DNA of 63,613 nt, the filler included, from Sphacelaria rigidula (lineage: Eukaryota), in NCBI GenBank assembly GCA_964200075.2. It is 9 parts of 9 records of this genome, joined end to end, with 100 filler letters (N's around TTAATTAATTAA, not from the genome) between each part and the next. Parts side by side here need not be neighbours in the genome. Positions count along the whole stretch, not along the records: positions 49,558 to 56,535 come from CAXNAA020017110.1; positions 56,636 to 63,613 come from CAXNAA020017111.1; 7 more parts are not named here. The stretch is one strand, 5' to 3'. The notes under the pieces were generated by a model that did no database searches, was not told where the DNA came from, and worked only from the letters and a program-made list of their open reading frames with translations. Made by a program: the position numbers and the translations under genes. Shown piece by piece: positions 50,780 to 63,613 of the stretch. Position 1 is the stretch's first letter, and the number at the start of each line of letters is the position of its first letter.

Positions 50780-53400
50780 ATGGTGCAGGCTGTAAACAGT
50801 CAGTACCGTCATCCTGTACAGCCATATTGTAACAGCATCACAATAAATATAACAGTTGCATGTTGTAAAACCCAAGGGTGTTATCGCAACTCAATGTGCG
50901 GAGACACACCCGATTTTTAATCCAGCGGGTCTTGTCGAGTTTGAGTAAGTGTGGGGCAGCATATTGTACCGTGGTTCCATTTCAGTCAGCTGTGTGAAAC
51001 TGAAAAAATCATAGCCTATAGCAACAGCAGCGTCAGTTGTGAACAAGTTTAACGTTAGTCTGTCCAGCGGCGCACCCCGAGCGTGTGGTTATAGCATTAT
51101 GAATTGCGAACAAAACTAGGGTTGTTTCGGTCAGAAACAACCCAGACAGTGGTGCGATATGCCTATTATTTTGTTTTTCAACTGCGGAGCAATTAAGCAG
51201 AATTCGTGTGAAGAGCAATCATGAAGCAGGAGAGTTGTCAGTGCCAAGTATGACGGTTGTTGGTGGAGCGCTTGTTTGCACGTTGACCACCACTCAGTCC
51301 AGACGTGAATGCAGCAATACTATTTTGTGTGCTCAACAGATACGGCGATTGTAAGCAGCAGTTCAGACAGTGCAACACAGTACGGCGTCGTGAATTCTGG
51401 ACCGCGGTGCGGGTAGTCCCTCTGCGGCATGCATATCTTTTTTCAAGTGAATATTGATGCCAACTCAGCAGGTGACCTACCCTCGTGGTCAACATGGTCA
51501 ATATTCACAACGAAATGGCGTCGTACAGCTATGTCATCCAAGAATACAGCAAAGCGGTGTAGATAATCATTTCATCTTAGCGTAAACCGACGGAGCTGCA
51601 GGAGTATCATTGCGCAGGCTTGAGGTGAACAACTTAAAACTTCAAGTCCAGCTGGTGTCGGTAAACGGGGCGAAACGGGTACATACAGAGGTTTCACTTC
51701 ATTTTGAGTTGCAGTGCAAATCGCTCCTTTCCGCGGCATTCCACAGCAGAAATCGGGCTTACAGCAGGTGTTGCATCGAAGAATATAGCAAAGCTGAAAA
51801 GAGCAACACAACAGCTGTTGCACGGAAAGATTTAGTAAAGCAGTATAGAGAGTCATGCAATCCTAGCATCCACCGTGACTCTACTCATTCAGGTCTACAC
51901 GACAAGATTTGACCTGTCACGGCTGTAAAGCAAGCATGGCACGGGGAAATCAGAGTCTACAGTAAGACTGAGCAGCTGCGTTACACAGCAGAACTCGGGC
52001 GTACCACAGTTATGGCATCCAAGAATACAGCAAAGCGGTGTAGAGAGCCATTTCATCTTGGCGTCAACTGTGATGTGGTGTATAAAGCAAACATCAAGCT
52101 GTCTCATCTCACAGCTCCTTGCACGATGGGCTTTCACATTTCGATCCTGTGCACTCACCCGTGAGGACAAGTTTTATTTCAAGGCGCAAGGGAGATCACG
52201 CCGCTTCAACGGTTTCATTGCTGTTTGCGAAATATTTGACCTGCCACCGCGTGTAAGCAAGCATAACATAACATGGTCTTTAGCGTGGTCGTAGGTGATA
52301 CCCCCCCTAGCTTCATGTAACGTCATGTTTCCCCGTATACACCTTCGTGCGCTTCACTCATTATCTGTTTGGCGGTTCGCTTCTTGGTTACAACGTCAAG
52401 GCAAAAACAAGGTTGGATAGCAGCAGATCGATGATAGTACTTGGGACGGGGGATTGCACTTCAAATACCTGCTATCCAGCAGTAGTACAGCACCGTACAA
52501 CACAGTACAGTCGCTCATCAGGTGTCCACTGCAACACACAAATTTTCATGTCGCGAAAAATCTCAAAATACTCCGCATCTATAATGAAAAGCGCCATCCT
52601 CAACATAGATGATCGGCTGTTTATATGATGAAATGTGAGGGAAGTGCTTCAATTTGGCTCAACAATCAAGTCCATCGTTATTAAGCAACATCAGGTAATA
52701 TCTCGCCAAACAGTAAGGCATGATTGATGTAGGATAATGGTGAGGGTTAACTGGTGGCATTCAAACGACAACAGTACGCCGCATCAGGTTAAAGGAAGAT
52801 GGAGTATCAGCCTGGGTCGTGCACTGTGCAAGCGTTGAGCAAAACTCATGTTTAGTGACAGGATGCACACAGCAGACGACCTGCTGCCTTACAAATTCAA
52901 CAGCAATAGACAGTACGGAAGTACATCAAAGTTTGATTCAAACAGCATGGTGTAGGGTATCTCCGATTTTTAACAGGGCACAGCAAGCTCCAAATCAAGC
53001 GGCAGCATTGCAACGGCAACCCTGCACCCCAGGATATAGATATACATGTGTGCGCTTATTGCAGACACGACATGCCGTAGAAACGCGGCTTCAAGTGGCC
53101 AAGAATAAGCGCTGTATGGATGCAGTAACTTGACTCAAAGCGACAGCACCAGCGCATCTGTTAGGTATATCTCGGGCTGCACAATCAGTCCCACGTTTCA
53201 CGGTAGCGAGTGACGGTTCACGAATTCAAATCTAACCCACATGCAGCATGGGCCAAGCGTCATCCCCACGTCATCCAGTAAACCGTGAAATCACTTCAAG
53301 CGGGTAGCCCGGTGTTATCAGTATCAGCCATCATTTTCTTTCTCTGCATAGGTTACAGCGTGTTATAGACGCGTTGTGGTCGTGCACAGATGCTGTAGAA
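50780..53400 (-). pseudogene. Heavily decayed ankyrin-repeat coding sequence
   Basis: Scattered ankyrin-like peptides: VNIDHVDHEGRSPAELAS (51455-51508), VSAQDRN, VDAK...TPL, DDVGMT/LAHAA and NMAVQDDG. Internal duplications at ~51535 and ~52015. Confidence 0.5.
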
Positions 53401-54745
53401 ACGCGGCTTCGCGAGATTAACACTGCATGTATGCGGTAGCTTGACTCGGTCAGTTCAATTTTCAAAATTTCGAATCATCTGCACTTATACTATAAAATTT
53501 ATCGAACGATATTTATTGTCTGTATACAACATGCGGACGTCGGGACAGCTGACTCTGTTGAGCTTCCCTGCGGAGACACGGTCTGCAGACATTACATGAG
53601 CTAACTCGCATCACGAGCTGAAATGCGGGTAACTGCTGCAGCAACTTCCCCAGCTTGACCACCCCTATATGCTTGCATGGACGTGAGGGTATCACATATC
53701 ATTGCTGGCTATTTGGTGCGCTGCTACGCACTCCCAGACGTCACCACGACTATCACATGAAGCGAAGAACGAAATTGCACTTCAATATTATATTGTATAA
53801 GGACTGAAGCATCACGTTAACTAATGTTTCGTTAGCACGAGCATTTCGCAAATCGTAGGAACGAGTGATCAATACGTCACAGATGACAACAGTCGACACA
53901 ACAGTCTCGGTTGGAAGCACCATGATACGGACAAAATAGTGTGGTACCTCTCCGGCTCGTCCGTGCACTAGTTCGTTTTTACTACTGTCTCAATTGTTGT
54001 GGTTACCATGATCGCTGCTCAAGCACTGTGATGACGGATCTTCTCAAGACGGGGCATGAAGTGAAATTTCCTACTTCAACCAAACATGCGGGATATTCAT
54101 CCATGTGCAATACAGTATGCAATGGTTTGTACGTACTCGCTCACCATTTATCGCAGGGAAAAACAGTTTTCCAGCACACGGGATGATCAGTTTAACGAGG
54201 AACAGCTCATCCTGAATGTCAGGGTATCTTGATCTCATCTTCAGGCGATGGTATTTCTCTTTTGCACCGGTGGTTTTGAATCTCATGTCTGAGGCCACTT
54301 CGTTCCCTTCCATAGGAGTAAAAACCAGGGGGCCGGCTTTCACCAATTCTGAAAGAACCGAGTTCAAGCCGGATGTAAAGAGGCATGTTTTATGTAACCG
54401 TCTTCGTACGGGCTGAAACATCCTCCCCCCTGACTGCGGCACATTGCCAGTTCCCGCAGTCAGCTCTCCGGGACTTTTCCATCAGATTAGATGGGCCCAT
54501 CATTGTACTGCCCTTCCTCCATGTATGCCGCGATCCATAACACACACCCTCAGACGTAGGGTTGACAAACCCTGGGGCTGAACGTGGTTTGACGATGGAT
54601 CGCTGCGTTACCACCTTCCTCGTCCTCGAGTATTCGGCGTTGGTTTCGTGTGGCCGTCGATCTTAGTCCGTTTTGCCTAGTTAGATCACGTAGGGAATTA
54701 AAACACCGTGCAGAACAATCTCAAACAGTCTCGGCAACTCCCGCT

Positions 54746-54937
54746 CTTGTAGATCTCTCTGCCGGGTTAGACCACGTGGGGAATGTGAACACCGTGCAAA
54801 AACGATCCCATCCAGTCCGGAGAAGTCCTTGATCTTGTTGACCGCTCTGCCGGGTTAGACCGCGTAGGGAATTTAAACATCGTACAGAAACGATCCCATC
54901 CAGTCCGGAGAAGTCCTTGATCTTGTTGACTGCTCTG
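54746..54937. repeat. 88-bp tandem repeat, about 2.2 copies
   Basis: GCCGGGTTAGACC at 54761 and 54849. Confidence 0.9.
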
Positions 54938-55364
54938 GGCTGTCCGTAAACCGTTTGCGGATCTTGGTACATCGGGGAATCTACCGCGCAATTGAGCCCC
55001 TTTCTGCTCGAGATGGTGTATCAGATGGACGTGGCCTGGTCTGCGGTTGATATAATTCCCGCAAGGCATGAAACACATCCAACTGTAACGCAGTGTACTA
55101 CAATCTCCATGATTCAAGAGTCACGAGGGCGGTGTCTGGAAGAACATTCTCAGTCATCAACGGCGTGAGAAACGATGGAACCAGTATCATGAATAGCAGC
55201 GCTTCACCAGTATATTAGTGAACAAAACAAATAAAGGGGAAGGAGAAGGAAGGGAACAGCAATATATTAGGACAAAACAGGTTCATGCGTGTGCATTTGG
55301 CCAGGGTATCGCGTGTCGGGGACAGCCAGGTATAATTTCATGGACTCTCAAGGGAATTCTGATT

Positions 55365-55712
55365 CCATGTCAACCTGCTCGGACAGCATGGGAAAATCCT
55401 GGCCGCTTGTCAACCTGTTCGGACAGCATGGGAATTCCTGGATGCCTGTCAACCTGTTCGCACGCGAGAGGGAAACTCCGGGCCCCCTGTCAACCTGTTC
55501 GAAAACATATGGGAGATCCTGGCTCCCTGTCAACCTGTTCGAAAACACATGGGAAATCCTGGATCTCTGTCAACCTGTTCGCGCGCACAAGGGACACTCC
55601 TGGCCCCCTATCAACCTGTTTGAAAACATATGGGAAATCCTGGATCTCTGTCAACCTGTTCGCGCGCACAAGGGAAACTCCTGGCCCCCTGTCAATCTGT
55701 TCGAAAACACAG
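55365..55712. repeat. 40/41-bp minisatellite, 9 units, with an 81-bp higher-order dimer
   Basis: GTCAACCTGTTCG variants at 55369, 55409, 55448, 55488, 55529, 55569, 55610, 55650 and 55691. Confidence 0.93.
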
Positions 55713-56042
55713 GGTCTTGACATCTTGAGCCTTCGTCCTCGCCTATTTTCCTGTATGCAATAAAATCCTGCTTGTTCGCTGTATGGTGCAAGCATATACA
55801 TATATATATATATATGGTTCAAACAACTTTCTCGTTCGTCCATTCGATGTCTGGCTTATATGTTAGCAACTTGCATAGTCTCCGCGGTAAACAGACGAGT
55901 CGTTCATTACAAGCCAACAATATTATTATCAGATTATTTCCGGTATAAATCTCGGCAAAGGAATGTGTGGTGTGTGGAACCCCTGGACTCTCAAGACCAG
56001 AAGAATGTAGCCCTGCCCCCGGGACGGTCATAGCGCGCACAG

Positions 56043-56163
56043 GTAGACGGTCATCTTCGAATTGATTGTCGGAGCACGCGCATATAGACGGTCATCTTCG
56101 AATCGATTGTCAGAGCGTGCAAAAGTAGACGGTCATCTTCGAATTGATTGTCGGAGCGTGCAC
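56043..56163. repeat. 41-bp tandem repeat, 3 copies
   Basis: TAGACGGTCATCTTCGAAT.GATTGTC at 56044, 56085 and 56126. Confidence 0.9.
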
Positions 56164-57495
56164 GAGTATAGGCAGTCAACGGGAACTGACAGAGCATCCG
56201 TCTGGTGGACTCATACAAACACATTAGCATGCAGCTTCACTCATAGCTGCTCAATCGTTGTGGATCAGGGTTGATTATCACATTCATGAGTAGCTACATA
56301 CAAATTGGCAGGCGGGCACCAACAATAATTGTTGAGGAGCAACTGTTGCACGCTTCATGCAGTCCTGTGACCCACCGCTGCGGGTAATATTCATCAAATA
56401 TTAAATAATGGTATGTTCAACAGTGCACCTGGAAACAAACGTCCACATATTCACAGTCGAATGGTAAGCTAGAAGTAACAGCCGATTTTATATTTTGGGG
56501 TTCATACAAAATATGGGGCTGAAGTGGCATATCTGNNNNNNNNNNNNNNNNNNNNNNNNNNNNNNNNNNNNNNNNNNNNTTAATTAATTAANNNNNNNNN
56601 NNNNNNNNNNNNNNNNNNNNNNNNNNNNNNNNNNNAGGGAAAGCACGGCTTTTGAGTTTAACCTCATTTTTTTTTCAACCCCATTTTCGAAAATCGGCTG
56701 TTAACCGGCGATATGGCTGTGTCCGGTATCTCGCGCGTGTCCAACTTCGAAGCTCTAGGTGGCGACAACCTTTCCTCCTTTTGGATCAAAACGCCTCCGA
56801 CAAGAACACTCCTTCATGGGCTGCTTCCAACGTTGCATTGGACGCCCTACGTTGCTCACGTTCCTCTCCTTCTATGCGCGCCAGGAAAAAAAAACATGCA
56901 AGCACTCATGTATGACGCGTGAAAATATTCCTGAAAAAAAGATTGGGTGCCAGTTCAAAACGCCCTCCGTGGCGACTCCGCTCCCCCTCCCCCATCCCTG
57001 TGAATCAACCATGAAGAAAAAATCCACTCCTTCGAGCAGAGCACACGACAAATGTACTTCAGACTAGCCGAAACCACACTCCTTGGGATAGCTAGCACGC
57101 AAAACAGTACTAGGCTCTGTACCACATCACCGGCGATTGTTCGGCGTTACCAAGTTGGAATCGAGTGCCGCACATCGTTAACGTGACCAAAACTTGCCTC
57201 GGGCAAACAGTACTTGACACCTTCATATCGTACCCACAGTCAGAATGGAGCAGGAGAATGTAGAGCATGATCATTCGAAACAGGTTTGACAAAACGTCGA
57301 TGTTTGACAAAACGTCGATGGCCAGGACGTACTACGTACGTGATGAGGGAAGAGGATGATGGTTTGGACAGTGGCGCCGACTTAATATGAAAAAGAGGCC
57401 CTCAAACCAATAAACACCGTCGCAGGTACATGAATGGAATGTACCGCACCTATTCTCAAGTTATTCCGCTGTGTGTCGAGTCACATCTGCCTCAC

Positions 57496-57648
57496 CTACC
57501 CAGTGTAACTCGTCTCCGTGGCGCCGTCTCTCATGCCGTGCACGCCCAACAACTTGGGAGTCTCAGAGTGGAAGATCAGTTTCAAAAAGCCATCCGCACA
57601 TGCAAGCATCTGGCCCTTCGCCAGCTCTTGGCAGTCTGCAATTTCAAC
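57496..57648 (-). pseudogene. Isolated degenerate exon of a soluble pyridine nucleotide transhydrogenase (SthA-like flavoprotein dimerisation domain)
   Basis: CAG acceptor, GTGAG donor and 51 codons: VEIADCQELAKGQMLACADGFLKLIFHSETPKLLGVHGMRDGATETSYTG*. The last codon is TAG where the family has Gln. Confidence 0.7.
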
Positions 57649-60600
57649 CTGTCCATTTTTGTTGCATGAACTCAAATCATTGTTCACCAAGATTGGTCTT
57701 GAATATTAGCCAATAGCCCATTCACATCTTGATTTGACTGATTCTCTTTCATTTGAGCTTATCCGCGAGATACTGGGTCATGGTAAGGAAAAAGATCATT
57801 TCAAAACCAAGGTAAGAAAACAAAAGATATACGGGAACTCTCGTGGAACATTCCTCGAGCACAGGAGACAGATCGAAGGTGAACGTAGCAAACAAACCAG
57901 GCAGGGGCGCAGCACCCGGAATTTGGAGGCGGTACGATGACAAGACACACCTCCTCCAACGCTCTGGTATTTTGCCGTACATTGCAACCCCGCCTCCCTG
58001 GGAAAGCGTCCTAAGACTCAAGGGATGGAATCATCTCCCTCCTCAAACCTCGTACAAACTTACCTTGCACAATGCTTTGAAGCATTGGACCAACACTATA
58101 CAGTACCGAAGTCAGTCGACATTCATCGAAGGATTTGACTGATTGTGTGCGGTTGTAAAAACAACACTCGCGGCATGGTCGGCCATTTGACAAAAAGAGC
58201 TTCGTAAGGGTGCCCGGTATCACGTTAGAAAAAAGCCAGCTTTGCCCTACAACGTGTTTACGACACAGCCTTCCCCCGTCCACTGCCAGAAGAGAACGCC
58301 TCCCCGGGTACAAAAGGCCTCCAATTCATATTGTTGAACATACTCCGCCACAACAACTGTTTCTGTTCTCAAGGGTAGTCATGAACAGGGATGTATGCCT
58401 ATATTTTAAGCCCCATTTTCCTCATACCGCATCCATTCAGGGGGGGAAGGGACAGGACGGACACGTAGGCTTATCGTAGTGTAATTGTGTGACGCTTTTT
58501 CCAAAACGCGGTTCATCTGTACCGCACATTCGCAGTGACAACAGATGCCCCGAGTTTGGCGTGGCTCTGGAGAGGGCCATCTATCAAACGTTCTAGAACA
58601 ACTCAAACGATCCCGGGGCCAACGCCTCCGGGCACATCATTGATACCAAAAGGTAGAACGAGCCTTCTTCCTGCGGGAAATAGAAACAGAAACGCTGCAC
58701 CTCGCCCCGAGAGCGTTGTCACAGTGAGCCGAAACGACACCGGTCAACACGGAACGACACCGATCACCCCGACATGATGGGTCTCCCCATCGGGGAGCAA
58801 TACATCTTTGACTGTGGAACATTAGCTGTCTCTTCAACGCAGGAGGGATTCACGAATTGCAAGGACGTCACACACACTAGCGCAGGCTCTCATGAACTCC
58901 AAAACGACTACACTATAGAAGTGGAAACTAGCACAACAGTAATAACTTTCAAGACATTCACCGGTGCACAAAACATTTTGTGCATGCCTTATTCTCGTCC
59001 GTGTTCTTCCTACTGTACTTTGCAGTAAAACTCGTGATCACCATGACACGAGCGAAGGTCGACCGTACGCAATAATTGGCGTTACTGTTCGTAGGTTTGT
59101 TTTTTCATCCATGGATTAAAATACCCATAGGCGAAGCACTTCAGCGACCATGGCAATTACGTATAGTAGTCATCATTTGTACTTTTTTCCCGATCGAAGG
59201 CGATTTTTTTCAGATTTTATCGGTTAACAAGTTTCATTGCGGTACTGTTTAATCTCGAACCTCGGGAACCGAGAGATATGAGCACACGACATGAATTCCG
59301 AAAAAAATACATTTTCGACGACTAATTTTGAACGGATGACGGGGGAACCGGTGGTCGGGGGTCCTACGACAGTCCCAGGTTCTTGCTCGTCGACATTTTC
59401 CCTCAACCCAAGCCGATCCTGCCTGTCATTGTGAATAGGCGTATCGAACAATTTCATCATTCCTAGGTCTTCAGTGCACAGCAGCCGAAAAACGCGTTTT
59501 TGGACCATATGTGCTTGATAAAACCCCCTCGGTGAACAAACTTTTACTCCGTATTGTTCCGACAACACAGAATTGGGAAATTTATCCCGAACATGACCTC
59601 CTCCTTCTTTTGAACGCCCACCAACTATCAAGCTTTCGAGTGCAGATGAAAATTTATGCGTGAACAAAAATTCCGTTCAAGTTAGTCAAGTATTTAGACC
59701 GTAGCTTTTTGTATTTTCCCCACGCTACTTTTTCCATGAACCAAGTGAATAAAACGAGGAACTGCACTGTACCGTACCGTACCGTACCGGATTTTCGACG
59801 AGTCCATTTCATCACCATCCTGTCTCTGAAGGGTGTCAGCCGAAGACTACTTCTACAGTACACCACACCGATAAGGCTGGGGGGATGCGCATTAGGTCAC
59901 TGAAGATACCACCCCTAGAGGTGATCAAATCCGACCTCGATCTCTTCTATTTTAAAAAAGCACCGTGCACTGGCATGAGATCCTCTCGCCGGAAAGCGTC
60001 GACAAAATGTTGTCAACAGCGCCACTCAAAACTCAGCAGGGAGGTATTTCTTGTTCCCCTTTACTCTCCCCGCCCTCCTCGTCCCCAAGGAGGGGCTGAC
60101 GTTATTTCGAGGATTCCCCTGTCTTGAACACCGAAGAAGTAGGCTGGCGCAACGTATGCTTCATAATATTCATGGCGTCCAGAGACGAGACAAAAGTGCA
60201 CGGAAGATAAAACTTCCTAATCCCAAAAACACGCTGTGAGGATCATGTCAGTACGCTCAGGTGTCGAAAAACGTGTTGATTCTCTGGGGTGTAACTGACG
60301 AGAGCCGACCAATCTACTGTAGAAAGGAACACTTTTTGTTTCTCCATCATGATTATTTCTCGATAGCATGTTCTCAACGGCATGTCCCGAGGAAAGCCCT
60401 CGTCTATTTACATCTTCCAAGCCCCCACTCCCCTTCCCACTTCATGGTGAGACACCCATGAGGCACTGTGTAGCCCGTGGCTGTCTCTGTAAGTGGCGAC
60501 ATCAGAAAATGAAGCAACTCATTCGAGGTTGTCATCAATATGCAAGATAACCAGTACGCTTCGAGCCGAACAATCTTAGTAGGATGCAGCTTACCCTTCA

Positions 60601-63600
60601 TGGGACTCGCCGAATACATCGCCACGCTTCGCGCCTGGTCCGGTGAAACCTGGCGTGATTCGCTCCAGTTCCGTAGGGATGCGAGATCAGGGGTCTTGTG
60701 GCTATGCGGCATGCAGAATCGCCAGTACCCCCCCTCCTCCCTCCGACGCCCGCCACCGCTTACCCTGCTGCCGAAAAACCACACGGAACAACACACACCA
60801 CGACGAGCAGGACTAGCCCCCAAGAGGGGAGGGGAACGCGTACGCACTGGAGTTCCATTCTTCTCACCAAGACCCCGCCATCAGTGTCTGACTTGACTCT
60901 TTTATGCTCTCTCGCCAAGTTGGACTCATTGTCAGAGGAATCCGTGCCGTCGTCGTCTGATCTTGGCCGGCAGCCCCACACGTGCAGTACCGCTCTCGGG
61001 CCCTGTGTGTGTGTATGTATGTATATCAACAGCGCCATGAGCACACAAGCAGACGGAAAGCACGGAAAATGGGTTGGAAACACCACAGACGAACCACAGG
61101 CAGTGTAATCAGTTAATTTCATTTCGCCTGCACTAGTTTCCGCTACAGGATCTAAGGCACACAAGCAGAGCACAACGCAGGTGCGTCGGGTTTACCGTCA
61201 AGTTTTACAGTGCTACACAATGAGAAAGCACACGATAGAAACACAACACGGCAAGCATGTGCCAAACTCCCAATACTTCAACACACCACAAACGAAAAAT
61301 GCAGCACGAGGCAGCAAACAAACAGGGACACATACACACACACTGGAAACAGAGGGCAAACAGGTACCGTACGTCACTTTCACCCCCTCTGCTGCCGTCG
61401 GTACGCAGGGCCTGTTCATATTCCACACGAAAAACAAACGAACACCACCCCCAAGCGACACGTGTTCGGATCCCAGGACCTCATCGGGCATTGGCATCGC
61501 GTCCCAACACTGTAAGTCACGGATTGCCGGCGGCGGTTGGTGGTATGCCTGCGGTGCCATCTGTGCTTTTGGACTGTCCAGCAGGTGACAGAGCATAGCA
61601 CCTCCATGTGACGCGTCGTTCAGGCCCGAATTTCGCTATGAGCACCATTATCAGCCATAGTATCATCAATAGTTTTTCGGAGATCTTGAAACTTTTCGCG
61701 TTTTCAGACGCGGCGTTCAGACTTCTCCGAAAATGAAGCGACTTGATTTTGTTCTACGCAGCTTCATCTTCAGAGAAGTCCGAACACTACAGACAGCAAC
61801 GCAGCACTTCGGAGAGCTGCATGGTATGTACGCTTTGACCCTCGAAAGCGTTCGAGAGTTATCACGAATTTTACCAGTGACACCCTGGGCTACGTCGGAG
61901 AGTAAAACGCGCCGTGGGTTGGTCGTGCCCGTCTTCTTAGACGGTGTGTGCGTCGGCAGCGGTGGTCGAACTGCTGGGGTCCAGTATGGTGATCGCCGTT
62001 TGCGGATATTTACACTTTCGAAGTGAAGAGCAGAAACATTTCAATAGCTACCTATTTGCCTGTTGCGCTGCTACGAGTGTACGCAATCGCACCGTCTGTG
62101 ATGTCTATAGCTTGTGGTGTGGCGGGTGTATCTCAGCACACAACTGAAATAAAGCAATCATATTATGCTGCAAGCTTTGCGCGGAGCATTCGAGTGCCTC
62201 GTGTTTTGTTCGGCAGCGACTTAATAATGCCGCTTTTGACCCCGCATCCGCAAAGATCCAAGAGGGCGAGAGACCTGGGCGATTTTCAAAACCAAACATA
62301 CAGCACTTCGCGGAGATAAAACAGCACGATGCACGTAGTTGCTCGCAGCAACAGACCGTGCGGTTGCGACCAAGATTGAACACTATACGAAAAATGAAAC
62401 GACGCGTCGAACAGCTCTTTCATCGATCTCCTGCACCATTTTGACAATCGGTATTTATCTTTGTGTGTGCTGCTGCTGCATTCCGGGAGGGCCGGTCGAT
62501 CACACCCTTGCCTTTCCGACTGCTCCCCCGTTTTCAGAGAGGTTGTCAGACGATGTTAAATGTACTTTTGAAGCCACACATGTGCAGGTATCATCATCCT
62601 GTCGTTCATTTTTCCGGCGAGGGCGAGCCAACGACGAAATCAGCACCGTGTCCGTGACGAGATATCTGACAGCAACGGCAGAACTCGATACTAATAATGA
62701 GCCTATTGGAGCTCTCCAAATTTTCAGGACTTCTCCAAAAAAACATCTGTTTGATAATAATGGGCTTTATCGACGCTGTTTTTCCAGAGATGTCCGAAAT
62801 TTTCGGATAACTCTCGAAAGCTTTTGAGCGCCAAGGCGTACACACAGGGCAGCTCTCCGAAATGCTGGGCTTCAGCCCCAAATTTTCGGACGTGTCCAGA
62901 AATGTAGGTTCGGGGGGAAAATCAAGCCACCTCCATTGTTGGAGAAGCCCGAACGCAGAGTCCGAGATATCTGAAAAATTCTGAGGTCTCCGAAAAAACA
63001 GTGTCGATACGAATAGGTCTAAACTGCGTGGCTCAACCCTTTTGCTGCTGAACCCCTCAGGTGGACAATAGATGGGCACTTGGAAAACGACAGGTGGGCC
63101 CATATTGCAAACGCCATCTTAAAAGCGTTGGGACGGTGCCATTGAGAGTAAGTGGGTTATACTGAAGTAGAGTGAGCCCAAGGTGATCGGGTATGGAAAT
63201 TTGACGTGCTCTTTCGATCACAAAAATGGACAAAACGACGGCAGAGGCCAAAACGAGAAAAGGTTTCATCATCTTCGTTCATCATATTCGCCCAGCGCGT
63301 GCGGCGAGACCTTGCCGACAGCGTCGTGCAACTTGCTATCATTAATATCATTATTTCCGCACATGAGTCCGATTTGTCGAAGCCGTGGTCACAGACGTAG
63401 ACTCGTCTTTCTAATACCGCCCCTGCTATTCCCTGAAAGCCATTGAGTCCTCGTCATTTCTTTCTGAGACTCCATACTTCTTACAAAATCAAGCACAATA
63501 AACTAAAATATCGCCAAAATGAAGACAAAAAGAGACGACAAAAAACCATGTGAGAAGCAGCTTCCCCGAGTTCAACGGGATGAAAAAGGAAATAAAAAAA

Positions 63601-63613
63601 AACCTTCAGATCT

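Noticed and set aside
55365..55712. CRISPR-like array (constant GTCAACCTGTTCG core with variable intervening sequence)
   Set aside because: The intervening sequences are related to each other and repeat as a dimer, the core is short, there are no cas genes, and the context is eukaryotic.
7081..56535. Giant ~49-kb transposon bounded by 57-bp inverted repeats (7081-7137 and 56479-56535)
   Set aside because: The two ends lie on unrelated contigs that break at the same base of a repeat. This is an assembly breakpoint, not a TIR pair.
57930..58010. Additional SthA exon (MYGKIPE resembling GIYTIPE)
   Set aside because: The similarity is too short and there are no convincing splice sites.

Overview
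This window is eukaryotic, TE-dominated DNA. The exon/intron style, the TE families and the TTAGGG-type repeats suggest a stramenopile, probably a brown alga (inference). It is not one locus. It is nine contigs of 6980, 6980, 6980, 6980, 6979, 6979, 6979, 6978 and 6978 bp, sorted by size and joined by 100-bp N44-TTAATTAATTAA-N44 linkers, so adjacency across linkers has no biological meaning. Two host genes are recognisable, both as spliced exons the ORF track largely misses: the last two exons of RNA polymerase III subunit RPC2 (14642-16017, +) and the last three exons of a PPIL1-type cyclophilin (37422-40449, +). Weaker coding signals are a dead exon resembling soluble pyridine nucleotide transhydrogenase (SthA-like), a decayed ankyrin-repeat relic and a few candidate exons. 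Mobile DNA includes two decayed Ty1/copia elements, Ty3/gypsy relics, a near-full-length APE-RT LINE, tRNA-derived SINEs and at least seven MITE families, several nested inside one another. There are also several minisatellites with ~41-42 bp monomers. I found no CRISPR array, rRNA, intact tRNA, Fanzor or ribozyme, and no clearly new biological system. The best leads are a Ginger-like TGT...ACA MITE carrying telomeric repeats, a LINE whose copies end at C-tracts, a SINE body found with two different heads, the nested MITE clusters, and the shared ~41/82-bp periodicity of unrelated arrays.
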